In this document: in pieces, positions 1 through 12,661 of the stretch
How positions within the stretch are numbered: position 1 is the first letter of the stretch
Layout: each line of letters starts with the position of its first letter
NCBI GenBank assembly: GCA_977016875.1
Contig: CDRNST010000342.1
Location: 1 to 64,000 of the forward strand
Length of the DNA stretch: 64,000 nt
Source of the DNA: Pavona decussata
Taxonomy: Eukaryota
Direction of reading: 5' to 3'
Program-made: the position numbers and the translations under genes
Notes under the pieces: model-generated
Databases searched by the model: none
The model's input: only the letters and a program-made list of their open reading frames with translations
Told to the model about the DNA's origin: nothing

Positions 1-448
1 CATAACGTAAAAAGTCACGCATAGAGTAAGTGCAAACGTGACTTTCGCTTTATCCTCTATGGCTTTCAACTCGCTAGGATTATTCACACCGAATTCCTTG
101 GGCATAAATCTGTTAGTTTTATAATTTATTTGGTTTTATTTGGAATTTACCGCTAAAATAACTGGGGAAAAAATCATGCATAACCGATAGATTATATATT
201 CTCTTATTGTGTCGCTATTGACGATAACTAAACTAGTTAGCTCAGCCATATGTGTGTACAGAATTCCTGTTTTTGCGACGCAACGAAAATTAACTAATCC
301 TTTCTTTCTCTCTTCTCACTCCAATCATCGCACTAAACAACGAACTTATCCAAACTGAATTCGTCAAACTATGAAGTTTGCTGCTCACACTTTACCTTGG
401 CTTCGCCTACAGTCTCGACGTTATGATATTGCTTTCTACACCGGCAAA

Positions 449-449
449 C

Positions 450-493
<44 letters not shown>

Positions 494-501
494 TAATAAT
501 G
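449..501. repeat. (AAT)n microsatellite
   Basis: About 17 AAT units. The paralogous site at ~53480 has a short version, and the gap at 33078-33214 lies at the paralogous position. Confidence 0.95.
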
Positions 502-1162
502 ACCGTTTATTATTCACCATTGCAGTTAAAAACTGAATTACAGGGATAAAATACAAGCTCAAAATGTTAACACTTTTATAATGCGAATGGGAAAACAGGA
601 AACGATTAAATTTATATTAATGGCATCATGGACTGCCGGACTCGTCAAAACAAAAAGAGGTCGAAAGGGCACAATCCTACTACATTTTTAAAGTTTCTCA
701 CAAAGTGGTTTTCAGTTTCGTAAGACTTCATAAACACTACAATTCAGGCTTACATAGGCTAGGATACCGGGAAAGGGGAAAGAGGAAAAACTGAATACAA
801 CGTGTACACCCCTCTGTGAACTCGAGTCAACAGAACGCTAAATATCCGAAATAAATGGTTATCCCTTACTTGTCAAAGAAGAATTATTTTGCATGGAAAA
901 AACGTGTGGCTACAATCTATTTCCTTGATGCTGGCTCGTTCCCGGTTAGAAGATAGTACAGATCCTGAAAGCGTCAACCCCTAAATTAAACACGCATTTT
1001 TGCTTTTTCTTGATTCCAGATCTAGAATCTGAAGACGCTAATAAACGCAAGTAGAGCATGAAAGAACAAACCACTTTCTGAACAAAAGGCGATTTTCATT
1101 TACCCCAAAGTATTCTCTAACATTATTGAAAAGTGTCTCACATGTTAAACTTACTTTTTTTA

Positions 1163-1321
1163 TCAGAACCTCTCATCATGTTCCTCTGGTTCCTTCTTTT
1201 CTCGTTTGCCTCTCTTCGCTGCAACTTTCTTCTCCCACATCTTTACACATAACAAGGTTATTATCGCTCCAATCACGGCACCAAACACTAGACTCCCTAA
1301 ATATTTGCCTGATGGTAACAT
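1163..1321 (-). CDS. HDERF-family microprotein, subfamily A copy 1 (52 aa, one hydrophobic segment)
   Basis: Manual translation MLPSGKYLGSLVFGAVIGAIITLLCVKMWEKKVAAKRGKREKKEPEEHDERF, followed by TGA TAA and a GTAAGT donor 8 nt after the stop. Paralogous to 12 other copies. Confidence 0.7.
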   Translation of the reverse strand: MLPSGKYLGSLVFGAVIGAIITLLCVKMWEKKVAAKRGKREKKEPEEHDERF

Positions 1322-4002
1322 TTTATCGCACGTAGTTAAACGGCACTTGCTGAAGACGACTTGTGTTAATGAGTGATTATCGCAATGTTTACATCCGCTG
1401 GACTCAGCTCAGCTCCGATGGCTTCCTTGACTCAATGAACAACAACTCAACCAACCGTGTTTATGTATGACCGCAGACGTTCGCGGACCGGAATAGCTAC
1501 TCCACCCAGCATGACAAGTTCTCATAGCGATCTGTTGTCGACACAAAAAGACGAAAAAAGTCCAGCAAGCGATGTCACGTTATCAGAGCGTTTGTCATTT
1601 CAGCGATGTCAGCACCCTCGGCTAATTGCGTAGCCCCCACATAATATGTGTTTCTCTGATCACCGCTTAAGGGTGTACAGAACTGTATCCAGCGAAAGGC
1701 ACTCTCTACACCGTGGGGCGGTGATCGCTATAATGAAAAACCCTCTGCTAGACGAAGTCACGTTATCAGAGCGTTTTTCATCACCTGATTACAGCGATGT
1801 CAAGACCCTCGGCTTTTTCATTCAACGAAGCCATTGGAGCAGAACTGAGCACAACGCAATATGCCGAGCCGAAATAGCAACAGAACTTTGAATACAGTGT
1901 GGTCAGTATGGAACGACGTTGCGTCAGCGAACTACGCAGACTACGGACAAAGCAAAGATATTGCAGCAGCTAAGGTTCAGCGAAAACAGTTTGAAAAATT
2001 GTGGCTTCGCTCTTGAAATTTTAGAAGAATAAAAAAAAAACTGACGCCTGATTGAAAGCTTCGTGTTAGTATAAATGATAATAAATAATAAATAAATCAC
2101 TCTAGTTAAGTGCCAATGTATTTAGCGCGGAGCACTAATTGGGGACACTTTCCAGATCGAATAAACCCGGGTAGAAAGGCTCCCTATGCGGCGTCCACTG
2201 ATGGTGAACATCTTTAACCAGCTATGATCTGTACAGTTTTGTGGTGAAGAACCACTGATCGGCACTGTATAACNNNNNNNNNNNNNNNNNNNNNNNNNNN
2301 NNNNNNNNNNNNNNNNNNNNNNNNNNNNNNNNNNNNNNNNNNNNNNNNNNNNNNNNNNNNNNNNNNNNNNNNNNNNNNNNNNNNNNNNNNNNNNNNNNNN
2401 NNNNNNNNNNNNNNNNNNNNNNNNNNNNNNNNNNNNNNNNNNNNNNNNNTATTTACCATTTTAAAAAAAACTGAATTACAGGAATAAAATACAAGCTTAA
2501 AAAATTAACACTACTATACTGATACGAATGGGAAAACAGCAAACGATTAAATTATTAATGGCATCACGGACTGACTCGTCCAGGCGAATTGCCTGCATCA
2601 AAACAAAAAAGAGGTCGAAAGGGCACAATCCAGACTACATTTTCAACTGAAGTTTCTCACAAAGTGGTTTTCAGTTCCATAAGACTTCATAAATACTACC
2701 TTATTCAGTTCAGGCTAACATAGGCTAGGATACTGGGAAAGAGGAAAAACTGGTCATGGGCTCCTGTTTTCGCCCGAGGCGGTCTGTTTAACCGTAATAC
2801 CAAAACTTAAAAGTGCAGTGTCTGAAGAATAATAATCTTATGAATAACAAGTGTCAGCGAAGCCTTTGTGTGCCTCGGTACAATTTTAATATATGTGCAG
2901 TGCAAAATCACAATGTGGGCTGGCTCTATATTCATCCAGCTACAAGTCAAAGATATTACACAACTCCTGCACAACTCACTCTTTTCGAAATTGGGGAGGA
3001 AAGATTGCGTGACAAGCCAAAAAAGCGTCTGCAAGGGAAGCTACAGATAACATAACATTTTTTTTAGAACAAATTTTCAGCTTTCTAAAACGCAAAATAA
3101 GCTACAACATTTACAATTTTCCGTCTTTGTTTTATGCTATCTTATCATAACAAACAAATGTTACTGCTGTGAGACTTCATCAATCATCCAAGGAACGAGC
3201 AAAAGTACAAGCCAAAATAGCTGTCTTCAGTAATATTTCTTCCGTTAACTCGAATAACTGAAAAGGAGCAATAAAATCAGTCTGATAAGTGAAGGTTGAC
3301 ATGTTTTTGACTACATAAACTTGCTCAGCTCGCCGAGCGAGTTTGTTGCGGGAATTCACAATTTCTCGCCGATGTGTCATTTGCGTTGGGACGAGAACTT
3401 CGTCTATTACACTCGCAAACCACGCAGCTGCATCATGTACGAATGAGAAAATAGGAAACGATTTAATTATTGGCATTACGGACTGATTCATGGCCTGCGT
3501 CAAAACAAAAAGAGGTCGAAAGGGCACAATCCTACTACAGAGATCCCACTATATTTTCAAAGTAATCCACAAAGTGGTTTTCAGGCAAACATAGCCTACA
3601 CCACAGGAAACGACGAAATACTGAATAAAACTAACCCCCATCCCCCATCCCCCACCCCACCCACCTCCTTCCCAAAATCGTTGTCAACTTGTGCGGAATG
3701 GAATACTAAATATTCGACAACAATAGAGTTATACCTTAAGCTCTAAATTAAACTTGACGCGCGGAAAAAGGGAGAACGAAGCCATGAAATACTACTTTGT
3801 CATTTCTGACACGACACGTGGCAAAGGTCATTTTAGAATCACTGACAGTTGTCTCCAGGATCTGAGATTCTGGAAGACGCTAATATTCGCAAACTACGGC
3901 ATGAAAGCACGCACCACTTTCTGAACTCAACGATTTTCATTTACCCCAAGTACTCTCTAACATTATCGAAAAGTGTCTCACATGTTTAACTTACTTTTTT
4001 TA

Positions 4003-4162
4003 TCAGAACCTCTCATCATGTTCCTCTGGTTCCTTTCTTTTCTCGTTTGCCTCTCTTCGCTGCAACTTTCTGCTCCCACATCTTTACACATAACAAGGTT
4101 ATCATCGCTCCAATCACGGCACCAGACACTAGACTCGCTAAAAATTTGCCTGATGGTAACAT
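4003..4162 (-). pseudogene. HDERF-family subfamily A copy 2, +1 frameshift
   Basis: 160 nt versus 159 nt in intact copies. An extra base near 4035 gives MLPSGKFLASLVSGAVIGAMITLLCVKMWEQKVAAKRGKREKKGTRGT*, which lacks EPEEHDERF. Confidence 0.7.
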
Positions 4163-4309
4163 TTCATCGCACGCAGTAAAAAGATGTCACTTGCTGGAGA
4201 CGACTTGAGTCAATCAGTGATGATCGCAGTGTATATACCCGCTAGAAATGCAGCGAGTGTCGAGTCAGAAAGAACACGTGTAACAGACGATGGAAATCGT
4301 TGGGCGCAT

Positions 4310-4530
4310 AGGTGACGTCGCGCGGGCGGATATGACATCGATTTCTGATGATATCGAATATGACATCGAATATGACGTTTGCAGGAGGATACGACATCGA
4401 TTTCTGATGACTTCGAATTTGACGTAGGCTCGATTACCAGCCGCTGTTCGGGAAAATGAGCCCGCGCTCACAAAAGGGAGCGGCGGAAATCGAGCCTAAA
4501 TGACATCGGGCGCCGGATATGACATCGAAG
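4310..4530. repeat. TATGACATCGAA-based minisatellite with embedded 74-bp MITE (4425-4498)
   Basis: Repeated GCGGATACGACATCGATTTCTGATGAC / TATGACATCGAA units. Embedded element has inverted ends TAGGCTCGATT...AATCGAGCCTA. Confidence 0.85.
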
Positions 4531-7012
4531 ATTTCTGTTTCCTGTTAGACCGGTTCGAGTAGGACATGCAAACAAAAAGCTGAACAAACGTGGTTCACAT
4601 ACATGTTGTTTTTATTTATGATATACATATACATGTGTAATGTATAAACGTCCAAAAGATCCTACGGTAAGAGTTAGTTTCATCTCAGTGTACAAAAACA
4701 TTTCACTATTTGTCGCTCGATTTCATTCTGTGCGCACTTGGTGAATTCATAATCAGTGCAAAAATCCAAAACATTACGGAAGGTTTCTTTCGGTTTCAAC
4801 AGTGACAGAATCAGCTACTAGCTTTGCGTGTCGTCATGTGCTGAGCATTATAGAAGCAAATCGTGCATGACGTAGTGTAAACTATTCCTACAAAATCATC
4901 CACTGAGTCGCAAAATAACAAACTGTCGTATGTCGTGCGTGACATACCGGGGAGTGGAATCGACCATAACCATTATAGCCTCCCAAAACCGGGCGCAAAA
5001 CAATAACTATGAAGACAAACAGTGAGTGGTGCCCACGGTGGGAAAAAAATGTTGCAGTGAATGTTTTATTGGAATGAGCTTTGTGTAAAGTGATAACTTC
5101 TGAAATGAAAGGCGTATCCACAGATTTTCGACGGTTCCAGTATGTGCTAAGTCACACCATGGGACTAACACAGGGTCCGGAGCTTTACAACTGCTGTTTC
5201 CTCACCTGAAAACAGGCTGAAACTCAGTTACCAAATCTAGCGAGAGAGTTAGTTCACTGAAAAACAGTTTGACCAGAGTCGAGACCGAAGCGAGGAAGTC
5301 GGGGTATTGTATTCATGAAATCGGTACAACTAGTTCTAAACTCAAGTTCAGCCCGGTTCCCTCTTGTGGCTCTGTATTCGTTAACACGATATTGGACCAA
5401 ACTCTCGCGTCAATACGAGTTCACTCCGGTTGTTTTACCAGAGCCGGTAAGTTTTTCTTACTGAATGTAAAAATTCATACCAGTATCGTGAAAACGCGGT
5501 GCGCCTGTTCGTTTCCTTTTCCTTCTTGTTTAAAATATTTCTTCCCAGAATAAAGCTATCACTGCCATTAACACGGTTGATGTAAATGTGTTATTTTGAA
5601 TTACACTCTTATCTTGTATTATACTTGATGAAACGTTCCACCTAAATGATCTCAACATATGCTCAGACTTACTACAATGGCTACACGTTTACATACATAT
5701 TTAATAATCCTAGGAGCTTGCATAGTCCTTAGCTCAATATCTACGTTCAGTATACTTGTGTAAAGGGTATGGTCACTCGCCTGTGACACAGGACATAAAA
5801 TAACATCGCTATAAGTTCAATACTGAGGATAATTATTGATCACAGTAAAAGTCTATTTAATTTAATAATACATTATTTGCGGTGGATTTGTACCGTCTAA
5901 TAGCATATATTAGCTAATATTTACACGGCTGCTAAAGCAAAGCTATTTGAATATTTGTGACATGACATGAAATGACATTGTCCTCCGAAAATTATCAGCA
6001 AATAGTGACCACTGAAGTCTAAGCAGTGTTTTTTTTTTCACACAGTCCACAAACTATTATTTCCAGCGGCTTTGTATAATTATACAGCTACAGCTAGGCC
6101 TTAGTTTTCGAACAGTGTTGGAGTGACGCGGTCAAAGCAGTTGTGATAGATATAACAAGGTTTTTGTCAATTTTACATGGTTTGAGGTCGTTGTCATGCA
6201 TCTGAAGATATATAAAAAGCCTGCAAAACTACTGATAACAGTGTACACAATGTTTCAATCCAGCGAAGACATAAACATCCTCAGCTGAATAACAAACTGC
6301 CGTACGTTCTTGCTTGAGCTGCACATTCCTTTTGCCTGAAACCAACAGAACAAAACTTGGTTTATCTTTCTCCTGCGTTAGGGATAATGCGACTTACGAC
6401 TTCACAGCGTATGCAGTACGATGTCGTGATTAAGGTGGCACGCGCGGAATTCCTTACGTGACCAACCGCGCGCGAAGAAATTACCGTTGTTAATACTAGA
6501 TAGCCACCCTAAGAAGCAGGCTTTTAAATCATCGGCATCTTGCAAAACAGAAAACCATAGAAGAAAACGTGATACAAAACTTAAATAAATTGTATATTTT
6601 GTTTATGATGGGAGGAAGCGTAGAGAGTACTGCGCACCGAAATGAAATGAATGAAATGAACTCCACGAGACTACAAGCGAGCGAACTACGAGGGCGCGCG
6701 CGATAATTGCTCTCCGAGTCGCGTCTCCCGGCGAAGGAGGCTCAAGCGGTTTACTAGCCCGACCTAAAAAAATAAGGGACGGCTCGTGATCTAGAACTAT
6801 ACAAGAGCGGTAATTAAGTACGGTAGTATTGAGAATACTATCACACAAAAATTTTAAAAAAGTTAATATGAAACGCTGCCTGTACGGCTGTAAACGCACG
6901 CTCTCAACACACGCTTTAATATTTGCGCAAGTATCATCAGCTGAGAAAAGGAATGACAAAAATGCTAAATAAGTGATTCCCTTGCTGAGAGAAAAACCAA
7001 CTCACCTGCTTA

Positions 7013-7273
7013 TCAAAACCTTTCATCGTTTTCTTCAGGCTCCTTCCAAGATTCTCGTCCATCGTTTTCTTCAGGCTCCTTTCGTAAGTTTTTCTCATCG
7101 TTTTCTTCAGGCTGGTTCGAAGATATGGGAAAGGAACGCTGCCCGATGATCCGTCCCCTCACAACAGCTTGTAATTTATTGTTCCAAATCTTAAAGGCTA
7201 GTAATTTTAGCATCCAGGTGATGATACCAAAAACTACAATCCAGAAAAATACTGCCGAAAAACACGTCTCCAT
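7013..7273 (-). CDS. HDERF-family microprotein, subfamily B copy 1 (86 aa, triplicated EPEENDE tail)
   Basis: METCFSAVFFWIVVFGIITWMLKLLAFKIWNNK...QPEENDEKNLRKEPEENDGRESWKEPEENDERF, then TGA TAA GCAG|GTGAGT. CCAAT motifs lie upstream (~7406, ~7446). Confidence 0.7.
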   Translation of the reverse strand: METCFSAVFFWIVVFGIITWMLKLLAFKIWNNKLQAVVRGRIIGQRSFPISSNQPEENDEKNLRKEPEENDGRESWKEPEENDERF

Positions 7274-7519
7274 TTCTTTACCAAACGTAAGTACGCAGTT
7301 ATTATCTCTAGTTTGCAATACCCGCGTACCCGTGGTCCAAAAATTTGCTTTTTCATGTGTTTATGGCTCTTTGCACATTGCCGCAAGCAGAAGCTCAAAA
7401 TTCGACCAATCAGAATGCGTTATTTGACAAAGTGGCGGCGCGGCGCCAATCAAGTGCCCGCTGCCCTCTTGTGATTGTAAAATCTAAGGCGACTCGACTG
7501 ACTCTCAGGCAGGCGCATA

Positions 7520-8545
7520 TGAACGAAGGCGGCAGAAAGCAGTTAACGAAGTTACGAAGAGGAACAAGCACTCCTATCTGTAAAACTAGATGAAGAACAA
7601 CAAGGAGAAAATGACGAGATAGAGATTCCAAGCGCTCAGCCTGAGCCTTCAAGAAAGACCACCTCGCGGCCTAACACAAGCAGGGAAGGAAAGAGCTACT
7701 ATGGAGTATCGAGCCAACAGAGTACCAGTAGGGATAATAAGCGCTCTCGAGATAGCAAGTTCGCCAAGCCAAAAGTACACGATGCAAAGAAGGCCCGACT
7801 GGATGAGGAGTTAACCTTCATCCAAGAAAAGATGGACAGCTCAAAGAAATCAGTCGGACTGCTTCAGAATCACTTTGTCAAGGGCATATGTGGTGGTCAC
7901 ATGTCCCAAGACTTTAAGATACTATATTAAGCCCGACCAAGAATTCAAAACTGACACCAGCTCGATCCGTAAGAAAGCAGAACAGGCTCTTGAGAGCGCT
8001 GGCGCGTAGAAAGACTTACGATTAAGATCAGAAAGCTCGAACAGGCGAAACATCGTCGAGAAGAAATTGTATTACAAGAAAGCAGTCTTTTATCAAGGCA
8101 GACCCTACAAGACAACTCATTCCAATTCAATGGAAAAGACTCCATGTCTACAAACTCATGGAACAGCCGTGGGAACAAAATTAAATTAGCTTACTTAACT
8201 AAAATAGTCCGACAGAGCGACAACAAACCCGGCTTGTGTGGAAAAGGTTCATTGATGGGGTGTTCTCGCTATGGAACATAAGCGTACACGAAATAGAAGA
8301 ATTTATTCATATAAGGCAAACAGCTTCCATCAAAAAATCAAGTTTACAGCTGAAATTTTAGAAACAGAAATTACATTCTTGGACACAAAAGTGTACAAAG
8401 GTGACACATTTCACAAGGAATCTATCCTTGACGTGCAAACATACTACAAACCCACGGAGACCTTTCAATACACGAATTTCTATTCGTGTCACCCACCAGG
8501 ATTTATCTAGGGGGAAACTTTTTAAAGGCTTCTGAGAACAAATTT
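7520..8545 (+). mobile_element. Degenerate Penelope-like retroelement fragment (RT)
   Basis: Frameshifted motifs FQFNG, GTA(V/M)GTK, WKRFIDGVFSLWN, KFTAEILETEITFLDTKVYK and KPTETFQYTNFYSCHP, typical of Penelope-type RT. Confidence 0.8.
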
Positions 8546-10667
8546 CTCTCATTTCCTCTCTCGATGATTCGGGATTCCCAAAAAAGATCACAAAAGTTTG
8601 TTCATTCATTTCGACAAAGATCTGACAAGTAATAAAAATGTTCATGTTGCGCATTCGTTCTAACTTGCAGGCCTGATACTCGGGTTACATTCATTCGAAT
8701 GTTTTCAAATTTACAATGCAAATGACTTGGCTGTCAAGATGATTGACAGGTCAGAGTGGTGTTATCAAAACATCTATTGTTTCCAGACAGCTAAGTTGGA
8801 GGGGATTCCCCTAATTAACGAGTCCTTGTCATTACAAGAAGCAGAGGATTATGGGCGATTCAGCCGCAGTTTCATATGGCGGATGTGTGAATCATTTAAC
8901 CACATCTTAACAACATCAGCCTTGCAACTAACATTTACCAAAAACTCCGTAGAGAAGCGCTTTCATGCGGCTTGAGGTAGGCAACGAAGATAATATCTTG
9001 AGGCAGCAGAATAATAACCAAGACAAACATCACTGTCAGTGTCCATTCATGAACGAAGCCAGAATAATAACAGAATCTTGACTACAGTATGGAACGGAGC
9101 TGCGGCTACGAACTACGGAACAAGCAAAGATATTGCAGCAGCCAGGTATTTTCACTTGAGGAAAAACAGTTTGGAAAATTGTGGTTTCTTTCTTGCAATC
9201 TTGGTCAAAACAGACACCGCATTCAAAGCTTCGCGTTCGTATATAGCGGACCGCTTTCGTCCACTGATGGCCGTGAACATCATTAACTACGATCTGTTTC
9301 AGTCATTTGCCGATGAAGAGCCACTAATCAGCACTGAATTCACTGAAAGTTAAAGAAGGATTTAATACTCACTATCATAGACTTTCACTGTTCGTTAAAG
9401 AAACCGTTCATTCGTGCAGTCGAAGCACAGCCATTATATATTGTTAACAAACTGGTCTAAAAATTACTTGAAACATTCTACAGATGATCAGATGATCTAC
9501 TTGCATCATCTACTCTTTAGACAGCGATTAATTTTCAGGAGGTTTGTTTAACAGTTACCAAAAATGTGCAGTGTCTGTATAGTAATAATTAAATGAATAA
9601 TAAGCGACAGCGAAGCCTTTCCATGCCTTCGCACAATTTTGCAATTTTACTATATGTGCATTGCCAAGTCACTGATTTGGGCTGGCTCTTTATTCATCCA
9701 GCTATGAGCCAGGATATAAATACAACTCACACTTTTCGAAAAGCGACAGAGTACAATTTTTCAGAACAAATTATTCTGCTTTTTAAAACGCAAAATTAGC
9801 TACAACATTTACAATTTTCCGTCTTATTTATTTTTTTTTTTGTTATCTTATCATAAAAGTCCACGATAACTGCTGTGAGACTTCATCGATCATCAAAGGA
9901 ATACAGCACAAGCCAAAACGGACGTCTTCAGTAATAAAAGGGAGGCCATTCTTCAGTAAACTTGAACAGCTGAAAAGGAGAAATCAAAATCACACTGATG
10001 AGTAAAGTGGGGGGGGGGGGGGGGGAGGGGCAGTAAAATGTTGTCATGTTTTTGACTTAACTATCTTGTGCAGGTTGCCGAGCGAGTTTGTCGCGGGAAT
10101 TCAGAATTTCACGACGTTATGATATTGGGGCGAGACTGACTTGACCTTCTACACTCGCAAACCACGCAGCTGCATCATGTACGAATGAGAAAACAGGAAA
10201 CAATAAAATATTGCCATTACGGACTGACTCATGGCCTGCATTAAAACAAAGAGGTCGAAAGGGCACAATTAATTCCTACTACAATTTCATAAGACTTCAT
10301 AAATACTACCCTTTTTTCCCACCCACCCTCTTCCCGGAATCGTTGTGAACTTGCGCGGAACGGAATACTAACAGTATCCGGCGACAACAACATAGTTATA
10401 CCTTGAAGCTCTAAATAAAACGCGCGGAACAAGGGAGAACGGTGCCATGTAAATGCCTCTTTAGCATTCCCGACTCCACACCTGGCAAAGGTCATTTTGA
10501 CTCACTGACAGTTGTCTCCAGGATCTGGGATTCTAGAAGACGCTAATATTAGCAAACTACGGTAGGAAAGAACACACCTCTTTCTGAACTAAACGATTTT
10601 CATTTACCCCAAAGTATTCTCTAACATTATTGAAAAGTGTCTCACATGTTAAACTTACTTTTTTTTA

Positions 10668-10826
10668 TCAGAACCTCTCATCATGTTCCTCTGGTTCCTT
10701 CTTTTCTCGTTTGCCTCTCTTCGCTGCAACTTTTTTCTCCCACATCTTTACACATAACAAGGTTATCATCGCTCCAATCACGGCACCAAACATTAGGTTC
10801 CCTAAAAATTTGCCTGATGGTAACAT
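10668..10826 (-). CDS. HDERF-family subfamily A copy 3 (52 aa)
   Basis: MLPSGKFLGNLMFGAVIGAMITLLCVKMWEKKVAAKRGKREKKEPEEHDERF. GTAAGT donor 9 nt after the stop. Confidence 0.7.
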   Translation of the reverse strand: MLPSGKFLGNLMFGAVIGAMITLLCVKMWEKKVAAKRGKREKKEPEEHDERF

Positions 10827-10895
10827 TTTATCGCACGCAGTTAAAAAGATGTCACTTGCTGGGGACGACTTGGGTCAATCAGTGATAATCGCAGT

Positions 10896-10956
10896 GTATA
10901 TACCGGCTAGAAATGCAGCGACTCTCGAGTCAGAAAGAACACGTGTAACAGCCAAT
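10896..10956 (-). promoter_or_regulatory. Putative core promoter of A copy 3 (TATATA + CCAAT)
   Basis: GTATATAC at 10896-10903 (~70 nt upstream of the ATG) and CCAAT at 10952. The same layout occurs at 18922/18978. Confidence 0.45.
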
Positions 10957-10984
10957 CAAAACGATGGAAATCGTTAGGCGCATA

Positions 10985-11250
10985 GGTGACGTCGCGCGGG
11001 CGGATACGACATCGATTTCTGATGACTTCGAATATGACATCGAATATGACGTTTTCGGGCGGATACGACATCGATTTCTGATGACATCGAATATGACGTT
11101 TTGGAGCGGATACGACATCGATTTCTGATGACATCGAATATGACGTAGGCTCGATTACCAGCCGCTGTTCGAGAAAATGAGCCCGCGCTCACATAAGGGA
11201 GCGGCGGAAATCGAGCCTAAATGACATCGGGCGCCGGATATGACATCGAA
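10985..11250. repeat. TATGACATCGAA minisatellite with embedded MITE (11146-11219)
   Basis: Paralog of 4310-4530 with a different unit number. Confidence 0.85.
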
Positions 11251-12637
11251 GATTTCTGTTTCCTGTTAGACCGGTTCGAGTAGGACATGCAAACAAAAAG
11301 CTGAACAAACGTGGTTCACATACATGTTGTTTTTATTTATGATATACATATACATGTGTAATGTATAAACGTCCAAAAGATCCTACGGTAAGAGTTAGTT
11401 TCATCTCAGTGTACAAAAACATTTCACTATTTGTCGCTCGATTTCATTCTGTGCGCACTTGGTGAATTCATAATCAGTGCAAAAATCCAAAACATTACGG
11501 AAGGTTTCTTTCGGTTTCAACAGTGACAGAATCAGCTACTACGTAGCTTTGCGTGTCGTCATGTGCTGAGCATTATAGAAGCAAATCGTGCATGACGTAG
11601 TGTAAATTATTCCCACAAAGTCGCAAAATAACAAACTGTCGTATGTCGTGCGTGACATACCGGGGAGTGGATCGACCATAACCATTAACCATTACTGAGC
11701 CTCCAAAAACCGGGTACACAACAATAACTATGAAGACAAACAGTGAGTGGTGCCCGCGGTGGGAAAAAAAATGTTGCAGTGAATGTTTTATTGGAATGAG
11801 CTTTGTGTAAAGCGATAATTTCTGAAATGAAAGACGTATCCACAGATCTTCGAGTTCCAGTAAGTGCTAAGTCACACCATGGGACTAACACAGGGTCCGG
11901 AGCTTAACAACTGCTGTTTCCTCACCTGGAAACAGGCTGAAACTCAGTTACCAAGTCTAGCGAGAGAGTCAGTTCGCTGAAAAACAGTTTGACCAGAGTC
12001 GAGACCGAAGCGAGGAAGTCGGGGTATTGTATTCATGAAATCGGTACAACTAGTTCTAAACTCAAGTTCAGCCCGGTTCCCTCTTGTGGCTCTGTATTCG
12101 TTAACACGATATTAGACCAAACTCTCGCGTCAGTACGAGTTCACCGCTCCGGTTGTTTTACCAGAGTAAGTTTTCTTTACTGAATGTGAAAACTCATACC
12201 AGTGTCGTGAAAACGCGGTGCACCAACGCGTTTCATTTTCCTTCTAGTTTAAACTCTATCCGTTTCCAGAATAAAGCTATCACTGCCATTAACACGCGAT
12301 TGATGTAAACGCGTTATTTTGAATTACTCTCTTGTCTTGTATTATACTTGATGAAACGTTCCACCAATATGATCTCAACATATGCTCAGACTTACTACAA
12401 TGGCTACAGGTTTACATACATATTAAATAATCCTAACAGCTTGCACAGTCCTTAGCTCAATATCTACGTTCAGTATACTTGTATAAAGGGTATGGTCACT
12501 CGCCTGTGACACCGGACATAAAATAACATCGCTATAAGTTCAATACTGAGGATAATTATTGATCACAGTAAAAGTCTATTTAATTTAATAATACATTATT
12601 TGCGGTAGATTTGTACCGGTCTAATAGCATATATTAG

Positions 12638-12661
12638 CAAGAGAGGATGAAGGCTCTCTTG
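12638..12661. mobile_element. 24-bp mini TIR element CAAGAGA...TCTCTTG with 7-bp TSD
   Basis: ATATTAG flanks both sides. The paralogous site near 5905 lacks the insert. Confidence 0.75.

Larger units (their letters stand above)
3409..10150. repeat. Tandem segmental duplication unit 1 (~6.74 kb)
   Basis: Anchor ACACTCGCAAACCACGCAGCTGCATCATG occurs at 3409, 10151 and 18172, with the same module order (A gene, minisatellite, B gene, Penelope remnant). Confidence 0.95.

Noticed and set aside
1163-1175. Terminal Arg-Phe as an RFamide neuropeptide
   Set aside because: No Gly amide donor follows RF; the stop codon comes immediately.
4340-4420. CTGATGA...GAA in the minisatellite as a hammerhead ribozyme (plausible near Penelope elements)
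   Set aside because: It is followed by GAAT rather than GAAA, with no adequate stem II or III. An Infernal search would be needed to overturn this.
5269-5553. Recurrent ORF MTRVETEARKSGYCIHEIG... (also at 11989) and the 126-aa opposite-strand ORF at 24746-25126
   Set aside because: Recurrence reflects recent duplication. Starts are non-ATG and the frame is broken by indels between copies.
8727-9353. Recurrent ORFs MAVKMIDRSEW... and MERSCGYELR...
   Set aside because: Frames, lengths and stops differ among paralogs; better explained as non-coding modules.
10008-10030. Poly-G tracts (also ~18027, ~22835, ~34875, ~57320) as functional G-quadruplexes
   Set aside because: Simple homopolymers of variable length, some within transposon ends, with no further support.
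10985-11145. Regular short repeats resembling a CRISPR array
   Set aside because: There are no unique spacers or cas genes and the context is eukaryotic; this is a minisatellite.
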